Source of the DNA: Octopus vulgaris
Lineage: Eukaryota
Assembly (NCBI GenBank): GCA_951406725.2
Contig: OX597837.1
Location: 42,656,001 to 42,720,000 of the forward strand
Direction of reading: 5' to 3'
Length of the DNA: 64,000 bases
How positions within the stretch are numbered: the stretch's first letter is position 1; every line of letters begins with the position of its first letter. The position numbers were made by a program, and so were the translations under genes. Positions 51,226 through 64,000 of the stretch are shown here, one piece after another. Below the pieces are notes generated by a model. The model made no database searches. It saw only the letters and a list, made by a program, of their open reading frames with translations, and was not told the DNA's origin.

Positions 51226-51500
51226 ATGCACATTTTCTTTATACACTGCTTCATCTGCAAACTTGGTGGTGGTGGTCTTGGACAAACAGGCTGTCACCTT
51301 GCCAATCACAATGAGGAGCACTTTCGGAAGAAGACCATTACTTACTGTATCCCTGGCCAACCTGTCACCAACAACTTCCAGCACAACAGACCACTCCATT
51401 ACTCACTTATCAGTGTGTGACATTTCCACAAATCATGAATCCACACACTCAAGGAAATGGAAGGAATGTTTCATATTCAAACTCAAAACCATGCCCACCA
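51226..51500 (+). pseudogene. Decayed GIY-YIG endonuclease of a Penelope-like retroelement
   Basis: HIFFIHCFICKLGGGGLGQTGCHLANHNEEHFR..QPVTNNF/STTDHSITHLSVCDIS..RKWKECFIFKLKTMP resembles the PLE pattern IY.I.C..C...YIGQTGR.L..RF.EH..PVA.HF..H..L..R..E..IFKL.T..P. Confidence 0.7.
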
Positions 51501-51620
51501 CCTCCACCACCCCACCTTGCCACCTGGAAAAAGTTTAAAAGAACTTTATTTTTCTTCTACTCTTACCCTTCTTCTTGGTTCACTAATTCCATTCTCACCT
51601 CCATTTTTTGTTTTGTTTCA

Positions 51621-52010
51621 GGCTCAGGAGTGGCTGTGTGGTAAGTAGCTTGCTTACCAACCACATGGTTCCGGGTTCAGTCCCACTGCCTGGCATCTTG
51701 GGCAAGTGTCTTCTACTATAACCTCGGGCCGACCAAAGCCTTGTGAGTGGATTTGGTAGAGGGAAACTGAAAGAAGCCCGTCGTATGTATATGTATGTGT
51801 GTATATGTTTGTGTGTCTGTGTTTGTCCCCCCACCATTGCTTGACAACCGATGGTGGTGTGTTTATGTCCCCACCACTTAGCGGTTCAGCAAAAGAGACC
51901 GATAGAATAAGTACTGGGCTTACAAAAGAATAAGTCCCGGGGTCGAGTTGCTCGATTAAAGGTGGTGCTCCAGCATGGCCGCAGTCAAATGACTGAAACA
52001 AGTAAAAGAG
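51621..52010 (+). mobile_element. SINE family A, young copy
   Basis: Full-length match to the other young copies. Confidence 0.92.
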
Positions 52011-52269
52011 AGAGTAACCCTTGCCTATTTCTCCTCTGCATTTAGTTTCTTTCTTATCTCTCATTCCTCATCAGCTGCAGTCACTTTCTCATGCAAAGAA
52101 GATATAAAACTAATACACAGTATAGGTACCTAGAAGATGTAAACAAAATTCCCTCCAGCCATCTTCATCTTGACAAAGGACTGTCTGATATGTTCAATAT
52201 TCTAACCCCCAGGGCAATAGCATTGTACTGTTTCTGATACTTTTTACTATGTGTGTGCGTATACACACA

Positions 52270-52456
52270 CATAGATACACATACATAGATATACTCACAA
52301 TGCAAGCAACACTCACACACACACACACATACATAGATATACTCACAATGCAAGCAACACACACACACACACACACATACATAGATATACTCACAATGCA
52401 AGCAACACACACACACACACACACACACATACATAGATATACTCACAATGCAAGCA

Positions 52457-52465
<9 letters not shown>
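52270..52465. repeat. Compound minisatellite: CATAGATATACTCACAATGCAAGCAAC plus variable (AC)n, 4 copies
   Basis: Seen directly. Confidence 0.9.
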
Positions 52466-52489
<24 letters not shown>

Positions 52490-52593
52490 CCGGAGTAAAC
52501 ACATAAATGTGAAACAAGGTGGAAAAAAGAGTACTCAAATACCAGTGGTAGAGTAATATGCTTTATTTTAAGCAGCAGAAAATTCAACAAAAT

Positions 52594-52631
52594 CTGTTAC
52601 TCTGAGTTTCTCGTTGCCGTTCATCAGACAG
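52594..52631 (-). ncRNA. Type I hammerhead ribozyme fold
   Basis: CUGU-CUGAUGA-A-CG-GCAA-CG-A-GAAA-CUC-A-GAG-UA-ACAG. Confidence 0.8.
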
Positions 52632-53612
52632 TTTTTGCTAGAATGGAACATATATATTAATTCAATCTATACTCTTACAAACGCTACACCTTTAAAAAGA
52701 AATGGACTTGTTTGATTGGCCCTTTAGAAAAAACGGTCAATCTTCGAGCGATAAACAAAAAGGTCAAAAATATATGTATATTTATATAAAAACTTATAAA
52801 AATTATAAAATCCGAGGAAAATACCGAGGAAAAAACCTGTTGCCGTTAATGAAGACAGTACAAATTAATGCATAGAAATTAAACCTGTTATAAATACTGC
52901 AATACATATTTATATTAAAATCCACATATATATATCAACATACACAAAAGGATGCGCGTAAACGCCATACATACACATACAGACGTATGAATATGAATCT
53001 AAATTATACACATAAAAGCATGTGTACATATATTCACGCAAACCGTCTCGCACGCAAGCTAAAATTCATCTATGTAGCAATTCTCATATACTGAGCAAGG
53101 AGGGGGAACGAAAGAAAGGGAAAGAGAGAAAAAGGGAACGGAGGAGGGGTGGGGGGAAAAAACTTGTAGCTATGTTATTTGGCATCTATAGAGGCCTGTA
53201 TACATACACAAGTTTGAATTGATACATATACATACCGTCGTGTATATGTGTGCTTAAGCACAAGCATACTTTCACTCACACATACACAGATACGCATGCT
53301 TACAAATACATATGCTTTGCTATACACAAACTTATATAAACATTCTAAATTTGACAACATTGCTTTTTTTATAAAAAAACATTGCTTTTAAAAAATGGGT
53401 GCATTAATAAAAATATATACGAAAGACCTATAAAATAAAATAAAATATAACATCCTATTTTGGGTCATTTATAAATAATCAAGGTAATATAAATAATCAA
53501 GGTAATCTTATGCAATACAATAACATAATCAAACAAGTCCATTTCTTTTTAAAGGTGTAGCGTTTGTAAGAGTATAGATTGAATTAATATATATGTTCCA
53601 TTCTAGCAAAAA

Positions 53613-53650
53613 CTGTCTGATGAACGGCAACGAGAAACTCAGAGTAACAG
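53613..53650 (+). ncRNA. Type I hammerhead ribozyme fold (inverted twin)
   Basis: CUGU-CUGAUGA-A-CG-GCAA-CG-A-GAAA-CUC-A-GAG-UA-ACAG; putative GUA cleavage triplet. Confidence 0.8.
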
Positions 53651-53682
53651 ATTTTGTTGAATTTTCTGCTGCTTAAAATAAA

Positions 53683-53735
<53 letters not shown>

Positions 53736-53810
53736 TAATCCAAACAAGAAAACACAAAAAATAACACAGCAATGCGAGGACGTGGAACAAATAAAGTATG
53801 GAGAAGGAGG

Positions 53811-53845
53811 GTTTAACGTTTCGAGCGGAGCTCTTCGTCGGAAAC
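53811..53845 (-). ncRNA. Minimal hammerhead variant (CCGACGA core) in a family H1 element (53711-53920)
   Basis: GUUU-CCGACGA-A-GAGC-UCC-GCUC-GAAA-CG-UU-AAAC. Confidence 0.7.
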
Positions 53846-54061
53846 ATAGGAGAAGGAAAGATCCAGAGAAGGGAAGACAGAGGAAAAAAAATCGCTGGCG
53901 GTACTCACGAGGTCACATATTGAATATATATATATATATATACAAAGTGAGATAGGGGTTATGAGTGTAACCCACAATGGGATATCAGTTAATAAATAAT
54001 ATGAATTGGTATTATCTGTAAATTGATGATTGAAAGGAATCTGTTCCTCCATTTTCTAATT

Positions 54062-54138
<77 letters not shown>

Positions 54139-54281
54139 GATATATATGAGCGAGAGGCAATTATGTATGTGAATAAACAAATTATATTAAATACAACAGT
54201 TTGAGTATGAAATACAAAATATGTATATATGTATACATGCAAAGTGAGAGAAAGCAGAAAGTGGGGGCTTTCTGATGAATA

Positions 54282-54794
54282 TCTTTATATATAAAACTGT
54301 AGTTGTGTGAGTGTCTGTCCCCTTCGATTTAGATTCCTAACTACTCCCACATTTTGTGGTGCAGTTTAACCAAATTCGGGTATCTTATAGTCGTGATTCA
54401 TATCGAGCCCGTCTGGCTATTAGCGCGCGTCTACAATGAGTCTACGATTTTAAAAATAAGTTAACATCATTTTTTATTCCATTTTAATGCATAATATTTC
54501 ATGTGTCGATGGCGGCGGAGTTGGCGTCCACGCTCACATCTGCACCTGTTTGCTTCTCCCCCTTCTTCCCTCCCTCGTGAAGCTGTGGGGAAGGGAGTGT
54601 AAGGAAATCAACGTCGTAAAGCGTTGTCAAGGAGACCAGCGTTCTTTTAGAACAACGACTTCATGGCTTGAAGACACCAAAACAGAAATGGCTAAGAAAG
54701 CCCGAATTGGCATCTATAAGGGAAGTAACTCTCTAAAAATGCTTATATAGTTATTTCCCTTACAAACCCGAGCAACGCCGGGCGATACTGCTAG
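54282..54794 (+). mobile_element. Non-autonomous Helitron
   Basis: A|TCTTTATATATAAAA..hairpin CCCGAGC-AAC-GCCGGG (54767-54782)..CTAG|T. Confidence 0.9.
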
Positions 54795-56890
54795 TTTAAG
54801 TATAAATATACAGGCATTTATATTAATAGATCTAATTTACACCGAGTACAAACGACAGAAAATTAAAGGGGCAAGGGGACTGTCCCTCTTCCTCTGAATA
54901 CACCATTAAGAATGTGTCTAAGTTTCAAGACAAAATTCAATATTTTGAACAGATTGAAAAGGATAATAGTTAATAAATAATACACTTTCCAGTGCATATC
55001 CAATAATACTTTTCTCACTTGCTTAAAAATCTTTTAACCTTGTGCATCTAATTCTCCATTTTTATTTCCTTAACAGTTTAATTAGCTATAAATTTAAATT
55101 AATAAATAATTATTAGACATAAACATGGCACCCATTCTATTCTTATTTAAAAAAAAAAAAACAACAAAAAAAAAAAACAAGAATATAATTGATTTTGAGG
55201 AGGTAGCAAAATCTAATGCAAATTCACAGCTGAAAACTCCAATAATCAAATCTAGTTGCCACACGGTGATTGATAGGTGTTAATAAGTTATGCCTTAATT
55301 AATAAAGGTACCTGTTGGTTTCACCTCAACTGCTATTTATAATGTAACTATACTCATAAAACATTGACCGCTATTGCTTATAGAATTAGGAAGACTGAAA
55401 CGATAAAGCTATCAGAGAAGAGGTGATGTAATGTCGTTGATAGTTGGTTGAAGAAAGAAATCTTAAGAAACACCACTGATGGGGTGGAATGAGTTTGATA
55501 TTAAAGAATGAGAGCAAGCAACTTAAATGAATTTTTTTTCTTTACTTGCTAGGTCTAGGGAGAAATGGCAATGTCCATAGCTTTTGAAGGCCAGTGAGAT
55601 TGATACGATTAATATTCCTCTGGAAACTTTATAAGTCAACACCTGTGGGAAAGGCAACAGGGCATAGAGATTACTGAAGGGGTCTTGTAAGGTTAAATAT
55701 AACAAGGTTGATAAGAGGACAAGAGATGATTGAGTTAGGAATGCCTGAGTGAAAGTAGCATGAACCTAGCCAGCTCCAAGAAGCAGTGACCATTATAGAA
55801 GCAATAGAAAATGTAGAGAGACAGTATGTCTAAAAATATATTATCCACACATTTCAATTAATCTTTTAAATAAATTTAAAAAATTGGAGAGGCATTAAGT
55901 AAAATAAACTTTTTATTATAAATCTGATATTTAGAACACAACAAAAGTTGTTTTTTTTATATAGCAACAGGAATAGCTGTGTGGTTAAGTAGCTCATTAT
56001 GAAACCACATGGCTTCAGGTTCAGTTCCACTGTGTGTTAACTAGGACTTCCACAATAGCCCCAGGTCAAACAATGTATTGTGGGTGGATTTGCTAGATGG
56101 ATACTGTGTGGAAGCCTGTTGTGTATATATATGTGTGTGTATCCCCCATGCTGCTTGACATCTGGTGTTATTTTGTTTGTCCCTGTAACATAGCAGTTTG
56201 GCAAAAGAGGTCAATAGAATAAGTATCAGACTTTTAAAAAAACAACTACTCCGGTCAATTTTCAAGGTGGTGCCCCAGAGTGGCCACAGTCCAATAACTG
56301 GAACAAGTAAAATATAAAAGGCATAGAATTATGATTGAAATTTTCAATTCAAATATGAACCCTTTAAAACAGGTAATCTTGTATCATCAGAACTAAGTGT
56401 GATCTCAGACATGTTGGTATCAAAAGAGTTAAGCAGATTTAGGTTGACTTCATAGCTGTGTCTGTATACATAGGCCTAGGTAAGGTGGTTTTTGTTTTTT
56501 CCTAGAAAAGTGTAAGATGCCCTTGCATAGAAGTTTTCCCTCTTCATAAAACCATTGTTATCTAAGGTCATTGTTATCTAAGGTTTACCTTCTACTGTGC
56601 TGCATTTCTATTATCCTTGACAGGTAAGTAGTGGTAAGAGTTAATCGTTTGATCTTCTATTCATTTCAGTCATTAAATTGCAGCCATGCTGCAGCACCAC
56701 TCTGAAGAATTTTTGCCAAACAAATCAATCCTGGTACTTATTTTTTAAGTCTGGTAATTAAGTCTGTTGGTGATTTTTGTCCAACTACTAAGTTATGGAG
56801 ATGTAAGCAGACCAAAACTGTTTGTCAAGCAGTATGGAGGAACATAAGCAATACATTTGACAGAGTAATCTGAATGCTAAAGGGTTAAAG

Positions 56891-57214
56891 GTGGAGGCGC
56901 AATGGCCCAGTGGTTAAGGCAGTAGACTCGCATTCGCAGGATCGTGGTTTCAAATCCCAGATCAGGCGTTGTGCGTGTTTATTGAGCGAAAACACCTAAA
57001 GCCCCACGAGGCTTCGGCAGGGGGTGGTGGCAAACCCTGTTGTACTCTTTCGCCCCAACATTCTCTCACTCTTTCGTCCTGTTTCTTGAGTAATGCTATG
57101 ATGGACTGGCGTCCTGCCTAGCTGGGGGGGAACACATACACCATAGAAACCGGGAAACCGGGCCCATGAGCCTGGCTAGGCTTGAAAAGGGCGCATAAAT
57201 AAATAAATCAATAA
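56891..57214 (+). mobile_element. SINE family D with TSD
   Basis: GGAGGCGCAATGGCCCAGTGGTTAAGGCAG..; TSD TAAAGGGTTAAAG. Confidence 0.9.
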
Positions 57215-60200
57215 TAAAGGGTTAAAGTACACAAAATGATTCTTATTGGTGATTGAACTGCATAATCCCCAATCCAATTTGCTGAGATCTTCCTACTACA
57301 CAACATCACTTACTAAAGAAAGTTCAATAAATTCAACAAATAAAAAAGTAATGATAACAAGTTGTGGTTTTTTTTTTATGAAACCAGAAGTGGGTTTTTA
57401 AAAACTTTTTTTTTTTTTACATTTTTTTTTTTTTGAATCTTTACAAGTTGGAAAATTTTAATAACTCAGCCTTAAGCATTTTTCAGAGATCTCATAAAAA
57501 AATATATTCTTTATGTTGAAAGGACAAGCATTCATTGAATAAACTTTTATTTTGAATAATAAAGCAAAAAAAAAAAAAAAGTAGACCAAATGTTGCTCAT
57601 TGAGTGAATAGACTAAAATCAATAAACTTGTATTTTCTTTCTTCCAGTAAAAGATTAAACTAATTCTATCAACAATGTTAGTGTGACAATGTTCTCTTTG
57701 TGTATTAGTCCAACACGTATTAAAACTTATAAGAGTAGAAATTTTTTTTTTTTTTTGAAGAATTCTTTCTGATGGTTCTAAATTTCAAAAGTTGAAAACT
57801 ACCATGTTTAACGCTTTTATGATCATATTTCTAACAAGAACATACCGCGTTTATGTTTTGATTCTCAAACAAAGCAAAAAAACTAACAAATTATAGGTAT
57901 CAAAGTACTTTTTATTGGACAATGAAAGATCAAAGAGGCTAGTGAAAAGCCAGAGTGAATTTTATATGAAGAGTATAGAACTATATCAAACTGCTAAAAT
58001 ATCTACTAGAAAGAAATCATTCCAGCTACGTTAACATGGTTTCAAGTGAACCAATGAGAGAAGCTCTTGTGTAGTCAGTCAGCCTGCTACAAATCTCCCA
58101 AAAACTACATCCTATCTTCCTTGCACTATCCAGGTACAAGGAATGACTTCTGGTAACATAAGGGAACTATCTGGTTCAAATTCCGCTGAGGTCGACTTTG
58201 CCTTTCATACTTTCGGGGTCGATAAATTAAGTACCAGTTACACACTGGGGTTGATGTAATTGACTTAATTCTTTTGTCTGTCCTTGTTTGTCCCCTCTAT
58301 GTTTAGCCCCTTGTGGGTAATAAAGAAACAAATATAGTCAGTCAGCCTGTTACAAATATCAACCAGAAATCTCCCTTCAACTACATCCCTCCTTCTTTGC
58401 ACCACTCAGATCCAATGAATGACTCCTTATAATTTTACTAACAAGTGTTGTGGGGGTTTTTGTTTTCCACAGGAGGATACAAAAGTAATTTCCTGTTCCC
58501 TTCCCATAAGTTTTTGCTTTTTTTTTTTAACAAGACAGTCCACCTTGGCTAGATATAGACAAGTTCACCACCCTTGCCAAGTCATTTAGGATGTAAAAGG
58601 ACCGGAATCAGCATCATCATCCATCATTTTAACATCTACATCTCCAAGCCAACATGAGTTGAACAAATTTGTTGAAGTGGAATTTCTATGGCTAGATGCC
58701 CTTTTTGTTGCCAACCTTCAACTGTTTCCAAGTAAGGTAATATTTCCCCCATGACCAGATATGTTTTCATGAAAGAGTGGCAATGAGACTCGCTTACAAC
58801 TATCAGGTGGTGCCAAGGCAAGAATATAGTAACACATATTCACACACACAACAATTCTTAATGTCAATCTTTGTAAAACCTTTTCAGTCAACCAGAAGAA
58901 ATTTCTTTCCAGATTCATCAAGGCAAAGCAGAATTAGGACCTCACGTTCACAGCACATCACTCTACAATAAATATAACCGAACCATTGCTGCATGACGAA
59001 AGCCATTTTGCTTTGTCATATAAGGTAGAAATGATTTATGATCAATGATTTAGTGAAATTTGAACCTACGAATGACAGGTCAGGAGGTAGAGTTGATCAA
59101 ATGTTTTTCAAGACAGGTTTATTTGTTTTGTTTTGTTTTGCCTTTTGGTTTTTCTGCATTATAAACACACTTTTAATATTGTGTTGATTTGTTCGACTAA
59201 AACAATGCAAGGCGGTGCTCCAGCATGGCTACTGTCAAAATGACTGAAACAAGTAAAAGAATATAAGAATACCTCTGAAAGATAATGCTGCACACACTTT
59301 AGGAACAGAATTTACAAACACATAACGGCACAACAGCAATTACATTAAACTGTACAGTGCCCCCAGAATGGCCGCAGTCCAATGAGTGAAACCAGAGAAA
59401 GAATAAATATACAAGACTAGAAGTTACAAGAGAGTTAAATGTCAAAATCTATATTCATCAACAGTCCATTTGTAGCAACGATTATGTACTCGTTTGAAGG
59501 TTTAACGTGAATTAATAAGAATCGACAGAACAAGTAGGAAATTATTATGACAGTTTTTACAGTGCATGATCTAAATTAGACAACGAAAGACTATATTTAA
59601 TACAAACACACGGAAGTAGAGCAGGTCTACAATTAGAAAGTTGTTACAACTAATTTAGAATGACAAAAATAGCCTCACATCAATGAATGGAGAAGAAAAA
59701 AAGAATAAAAAAAAGCAATGGAAAGCAAAAATGGTTTCCCATTATCAAGGTTAAAAACATGTATGGATTTGTAATGTAAGTGTAATGTCACTAATTTAGG
59801 GGGCAGAGGGGAGGTTAAGTAATTAGGTTAATCGCGGTATTGGACTGATACGTATTTTATTGACACCTGCTCCCACCAAAGGATGAAAAGTAAGGTTGAG
59901 GTTGGCAGGACTTAAACTCAGAACAAAAGGAGCAACAATGCTGCAATGAAATATCCCCATGTTTTTTTTCCAATGAAATATCCCTAAATGATTTCTTTTT
60001 TTTTACCAATCTACTACTCTAAGGTCAACAACATCATTGTAGCTGCTTGCTGTTTCCAGGCTGGCATAGCTTGGTTGAGTGAAGGCATGTTGCCAAGTGG
60101 TTAAGATGTTGCACTTACGATTGCATGATAGCAGTTTCAATTCCTGAATCAGATGGTGTATCATGTTCTTAAACAAAACATGTCCTTTCACATTGCTTAA

Positions 60201-60428
60201 GTGCACTCCGTTGTAAATGGGACTAGTGTCCCATTCAGAGGAAATGTTCTGATCTCGGTCACTTATAACACTGTGGAAGCTGGATAACAAACCAGGAGTC
60301 CAAGGACTTAAGACTGATGTCCAGGGAACTTATTTTTACAGGCTGAATAAGACTTCCTTAAGCAATATGCTATGGCCAGATACTCTTCATTCCATATCTT
60401 CTCATATCAAACTGCTAAACTCTTATTT

Positions 60429-60716
60429 TTATTTATGGGCCCTTTTCAAGCCTAGCCAGGCTCATGGGCCCAGTTTCTATGGCTTATGTGTTCTCCCCAG
60501 CTGGACGGGATGCCAGTCCATCACAGCATTACTCAAGATACAGGAAGAAAGAGTGAGAGAAAGTTGGGGTGAAAGAGCACAACAGGGGTCACCACCACCC
60601 CCTGCCAGAGCCTTGTGAAGCTTTAGGTGTTTTCACTCAATAAACACACACTATCAAAACCACAATCCTCTGACTGTGAGTCTGCTGCCTTAACCACTGG
60701 ACCATTGTGCCTCCAC
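60429..60716 (-). mobile_element. SINE family D with TSD
   Basis: Reverse complement of the 56891 copy; TSD AAACTCTTATTT. Confidence 0.85.
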
Positions 60717-61228
60717 AAACTCTTATTTACATGGGACATAACATAACTACTGCCCAAGGGATACAAGTCTGAAGACATGGAGACATGTACACAACATGGC
60801 AAACATCCATTCAGTTTCTGTTAATCAAGTTTCATTCACAATGCATTGGTCAACTTACAGCTAAAAAAATGCACTTGCCCAAGATACCACAGAGTGCTAT
60901 CAATCCCAAAACCACAACTTATACAGCCAGGCCTGTAGCCATGAAAAATGTAAAATGTTGAAAAGAAGTACCCAGATGGTTTCAGGTTCAGTCCCACTTT
61001 GTGGCCCCTCAAGCATCTTCTACTATAGCCACAGGCTGATCAATACCTTGTAAGAGAATTTGGTAAATGGAAACTGTGTGGAAGCTTGTATGTGTATGTA
61101 TGCATGCATGAGTGTATAATCAACATCATTTAACATCCATTTTCCATGGTGGCATGAGTAACACAGTCTGACAGGATCTGGTGGGCTACAGGGCTGTGTT
61201 GAGCTCCAGTATCACATATATAGATATA

Positions 61229-61751
61229 CAGGGTTATTCAAAAAGAATGAACCGATTTCATTACACAATATTTTGATAAGGAAAAGCATTAGAAAACTCC
61301 AGCTAAGTCACAAGTATTTACTCACAATCAACCTTTATTTCCTGTCTTACAAGTGTTAAATGTGGCCACCACCTGCAACACGGGCAACATCAACACGATA
61401 AGAGAATTCCTCCCAGACACGTATCAGCATATCACAATCCACCATGTGTGATTTTTTTCTTGTGGGGATATGTAAAAGATTGCATTTATATCCCACTGCT
61501 ACCCACTAACCTCAAAGACCTTAAACATTGGATAACAACAGCGATCAACTTAGTGGATCGTTATGTGATGATATGCATCTGGAAGGAATTCTCTTATCAC
61601 ATTGATGTTGCCCATGCTGCAGCTGGTGGCCACATTGAACACTTGTAAGACAGGAAATAAAAGTTGATTGTGACTTACCCGAGTTTTCTATTGGTTTTCC
61701 TTATTAAAATATTGTGTAATGAAATCAGTTCATTCTTTTTGAATAACCCTG
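61229..61751 (+). mobile_element. Internally deleted Tc1/mariner-superfamily element with ~200-bp TIRs
   Basis: TA|CAGGGTTATTCAAAAAGAATGAAC..GTTCATTCTTTTTGAATAACCCTG|TA; transposase C-terminus FFLWGYVKD..DLKHWITTAI..GGHIEHL* (61448-61648). Confidence 0.92.
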
Positions 61752-62229
61752 TATGTGTATATATGTGTATATTTATATATATATATATCACACACATCAT
61801 CATCATCATCATCATTTAGCGTCCGCTTTCCATGCTAGCATGGGTTGGATGGTTCAACTGGGGTCTAGGAAGCCAGAAGGCTGCACCAGGCCCAGTCTGA
61901 TCTGGCAATGTTTCTACAGCTGGATGCCCTTCCTATACAGACACAAACACATGCATATATATATATCTTTGTGTTTGTCCCCCGCCACCACTTGACATTC
62001 AGTATTGGTTTATTTACAACACCCATAAATTAGTTGTTTGGCAAAAAGAGACTAACAGAATATAGGCCAGACTTGAAATTAAGTACTGGGGTTGATCTGT
62101 TTGACCTAAACCCATTCAAGGCGGTGTCTCAGCAAGGCTGCAGTCCAATGACTGGAAACAAATAACGGATAAAAGGTGAATGTATGCGTTGACTGTAAAA
62201 AGAAATTTGGGGGTGAAAAAGATTAAGAG

Positions 62230-62400
62230 ATGTTCCACACCGCTAACACGCTGAAAAGATATCAAAAAACAACATGCCAACAAGATCAATGGCCAGCAAG
62301 AATGTATAGTGGAGATGCAGATCAATAAGAATTGAACAATGGCCTAGAGGTCTTCAGATCAAAGCTAGAACTGAAGAGTTCCTAATTGCTGTGTAGTGAA
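62230..62400 (+). pseudogene. R4/Dong-clade LINE remnant
   Basis: QWPARMYSGDADQ..EQWPRGLQIKARTEEFLIAV (cf. QWLRSSGLKAETEGFLIAAQ). Confidence 0.5.
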
Positions 62401-62734
62401 ACCAAAGGAGATAGCATAAAGCACCAATTCCTAAACTCTGCAGCATTTCTGCTGTTTTAATCATTTCTTATACAAGAACAAGACTTGAGTGTATAAAAGA
62501 CAGAGGTGAGAATTTTGTATCTTTTTCATTTCTTTTTTATTTTTCCTAAGAACATCTTACAAAATAACGATAACAATTTGGTACAGCAGCATTAAACTGG
62601 TCTTTTTTTTTTGAAAGGAGAAATTGTAAGAAATATCTACCTGCGAATTTCTTAAGGACATAAGGTACAAATGAAATTTTTTTTTAAATTCTATCGTAAA
62701 TTGAATCTAGATCAGTAACAACGTACAGTATATA

Positions 62735-63248
62735 CAAGGTCTGATCAAAAATGATCAGGATCATTGCTACAGTAACTCAGCTAAAGTATGCAGAGAGAGA
62801 TGACACTCTGCACTGATTGAGTTTGAACTCTGTCATACACGCATAAGTTATAAGGTTCTTGCTCAATTCCTCTGCTTATAGCAGTGCTTGGAAGTGAAAT
62901 GTGTAGAGTGTGGTCAGTTTACCACACCTCAGAGTTTCCATCAGTGACCATGGCAACAGCAGAAGTGTGTGGAAAGAGACACAGCTGGAGAATTTTTATG
63001 GCCAAGAATCTTTCCAAAAAAGGAACAAAATTTCAAGACATCAAAGAAATCCATGAGAATGTGACGAGGTAACTACTCGCTATCCCAAGAAAGGAGTTCC
63101 AGAAATGCTTCCATCAATGGAAAACAATGCTGGATAAAGTGCATGGCTTCAGAAGGGGACGACTCTGAAGGAAACTAAATGCTGAATTGATAGGTGCTGT
63201 AGTTTTGTTTTTATTGCATTGGCCCCAATACTCTTTCGACAGACCTTA
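62735..63248 (+). mobile_element. Old internally deleted mariner (irritans-like)
   Basis: TA|CAAGGTCTGATCAAAAA..TCTTTCGACAGACCTTA|TA; KGTKFQDIKEIHENVTR*LLAIPRKEFQKCFHQWK..WIKCMASEGD. Confidence 0.8.
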
Positions 63249-63674
63249 TATGCCTCAAATATTGACCAAAAAAACCCAAAAAAAACAACAACAAAAAATT
63301 ATAGCCATCATAGGTACAAGCATGACTTTATGGTGACATGTAATGGTTTATAATAAGAGGGCAACTTGCACATTAAGGGCAAAATTATGTACACCATGAT
63401 GGCTACTACACAGAATTAGCAACCTCTGGGACAGTTCACCAACTTTATATGCTGTCTTTAAGTAGTTAAACTTTTAGCACTTAGATTACTGTCACAATGT
63501 TTTGAATTCATCATACACTATCTCATAAATTTGAGATATTGATGGTTTGCTTATTTTTGAAATGACATTGTAGGGTATGTGCAAGAAGTTGGATCTGACC
63601 AGTTTCAACATTAAACGGGTAGAATATTTGGGTTGGATATGGCCAGTTTTGAATGATAAATTTTTTTTTACCAT

Positions 63675-64000
63675 ATGAGCGTGATCGTTGACAGAGCGGC
63701 TAACCGGCTTCCATGCCAGTGGCACATAAAAGGCACCTTACTGGCACTTGTGCCCCGTGCTAGTAGGGTGCTAAGAGCACCATCCGAGTGCGATTGTTGC
63801 CAGAGTGGCTAACTGGCTTCCGTGCAGGTGGCAGGTAAGAGGCACCATTCGAGCAGGATCGTTACCAGCATCGCCTTACTGGCACCTGTGCTGTTGGCAT
63901 GTGTAAAAAGATTCAAGCAAGTTCGTTGCCAGTACCGCCTGACTGGCCCTGTGCCAGTGGCATGTAAAAAGCACCCACTACACTCTCGGAGTGGTTTGCG
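63675..64000 (+). mobile_element. SINE family C with diverged internal units, truncated by the window end
   Basis: Repeated GTGCCAGTGGCA..AAAAGCACC cores, then CCACTACACTCTCGGAGTGG. Confidence 0.8.

Larger units (their letters stand above)
52489..53683 (-). mobile_element. Young Penelope-like insertion with 157-bp inverted pLTR copies
   Basis: 52561-52717 is the reverse complement of 53527-53683 (no mismatch seen by eye). Both ends lie in (TA)n and each arm carries an HHR. Confidence 0.85.

Noticed and set aside
52270-52465. 27-bp repeat with variable spacers
   Set aside because: The spacers are just (AC)n length variants, so this is a compound minisatellite.
63700-63980. CRISPR-like repeat/spacer appearance
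   Set aside because: The spacers are homologous to each other, it is part of SINE C, and the context is eukaryotic with no cas genes.

Overview
Repeat-dense, AT-rich metazoan DNA, very probably a cephalopod (Octopus-like; inferred from the SINE families and the (TA)n/(CA)n load). I find no supportable host protein-coding exon. Nearly all long ORFs are microsatellite translations ([12 protein letters not shown]) or run through SINEs. The window holds five tRNA-head or RTE-tailed SINE families and decayed LINE pieces (R4/Dong, RTE, CR1, CR1/L2-like). It also holds three internally deleted Tc1/mariner elements, two Helitrons, piggyBac-type and fold-back MITEs, a 5S rRNA pseudogene and a Penelope-like GIY-YIG remnant. 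The most notable hidden signal is a set of about ten hammerhead-ribozyme (HHR) folds in short Penelope-like non-coding elements. These include two divergent inverted pairs, variant cores (CCGAUGA, CCGACGA, CUGUAGA), long-stem-II forms, a 136-bp HHR module inserted into a SINE, and one circularly permuted (type II-like) arrangement. All folds were paired by eye and none has been tested for activity.
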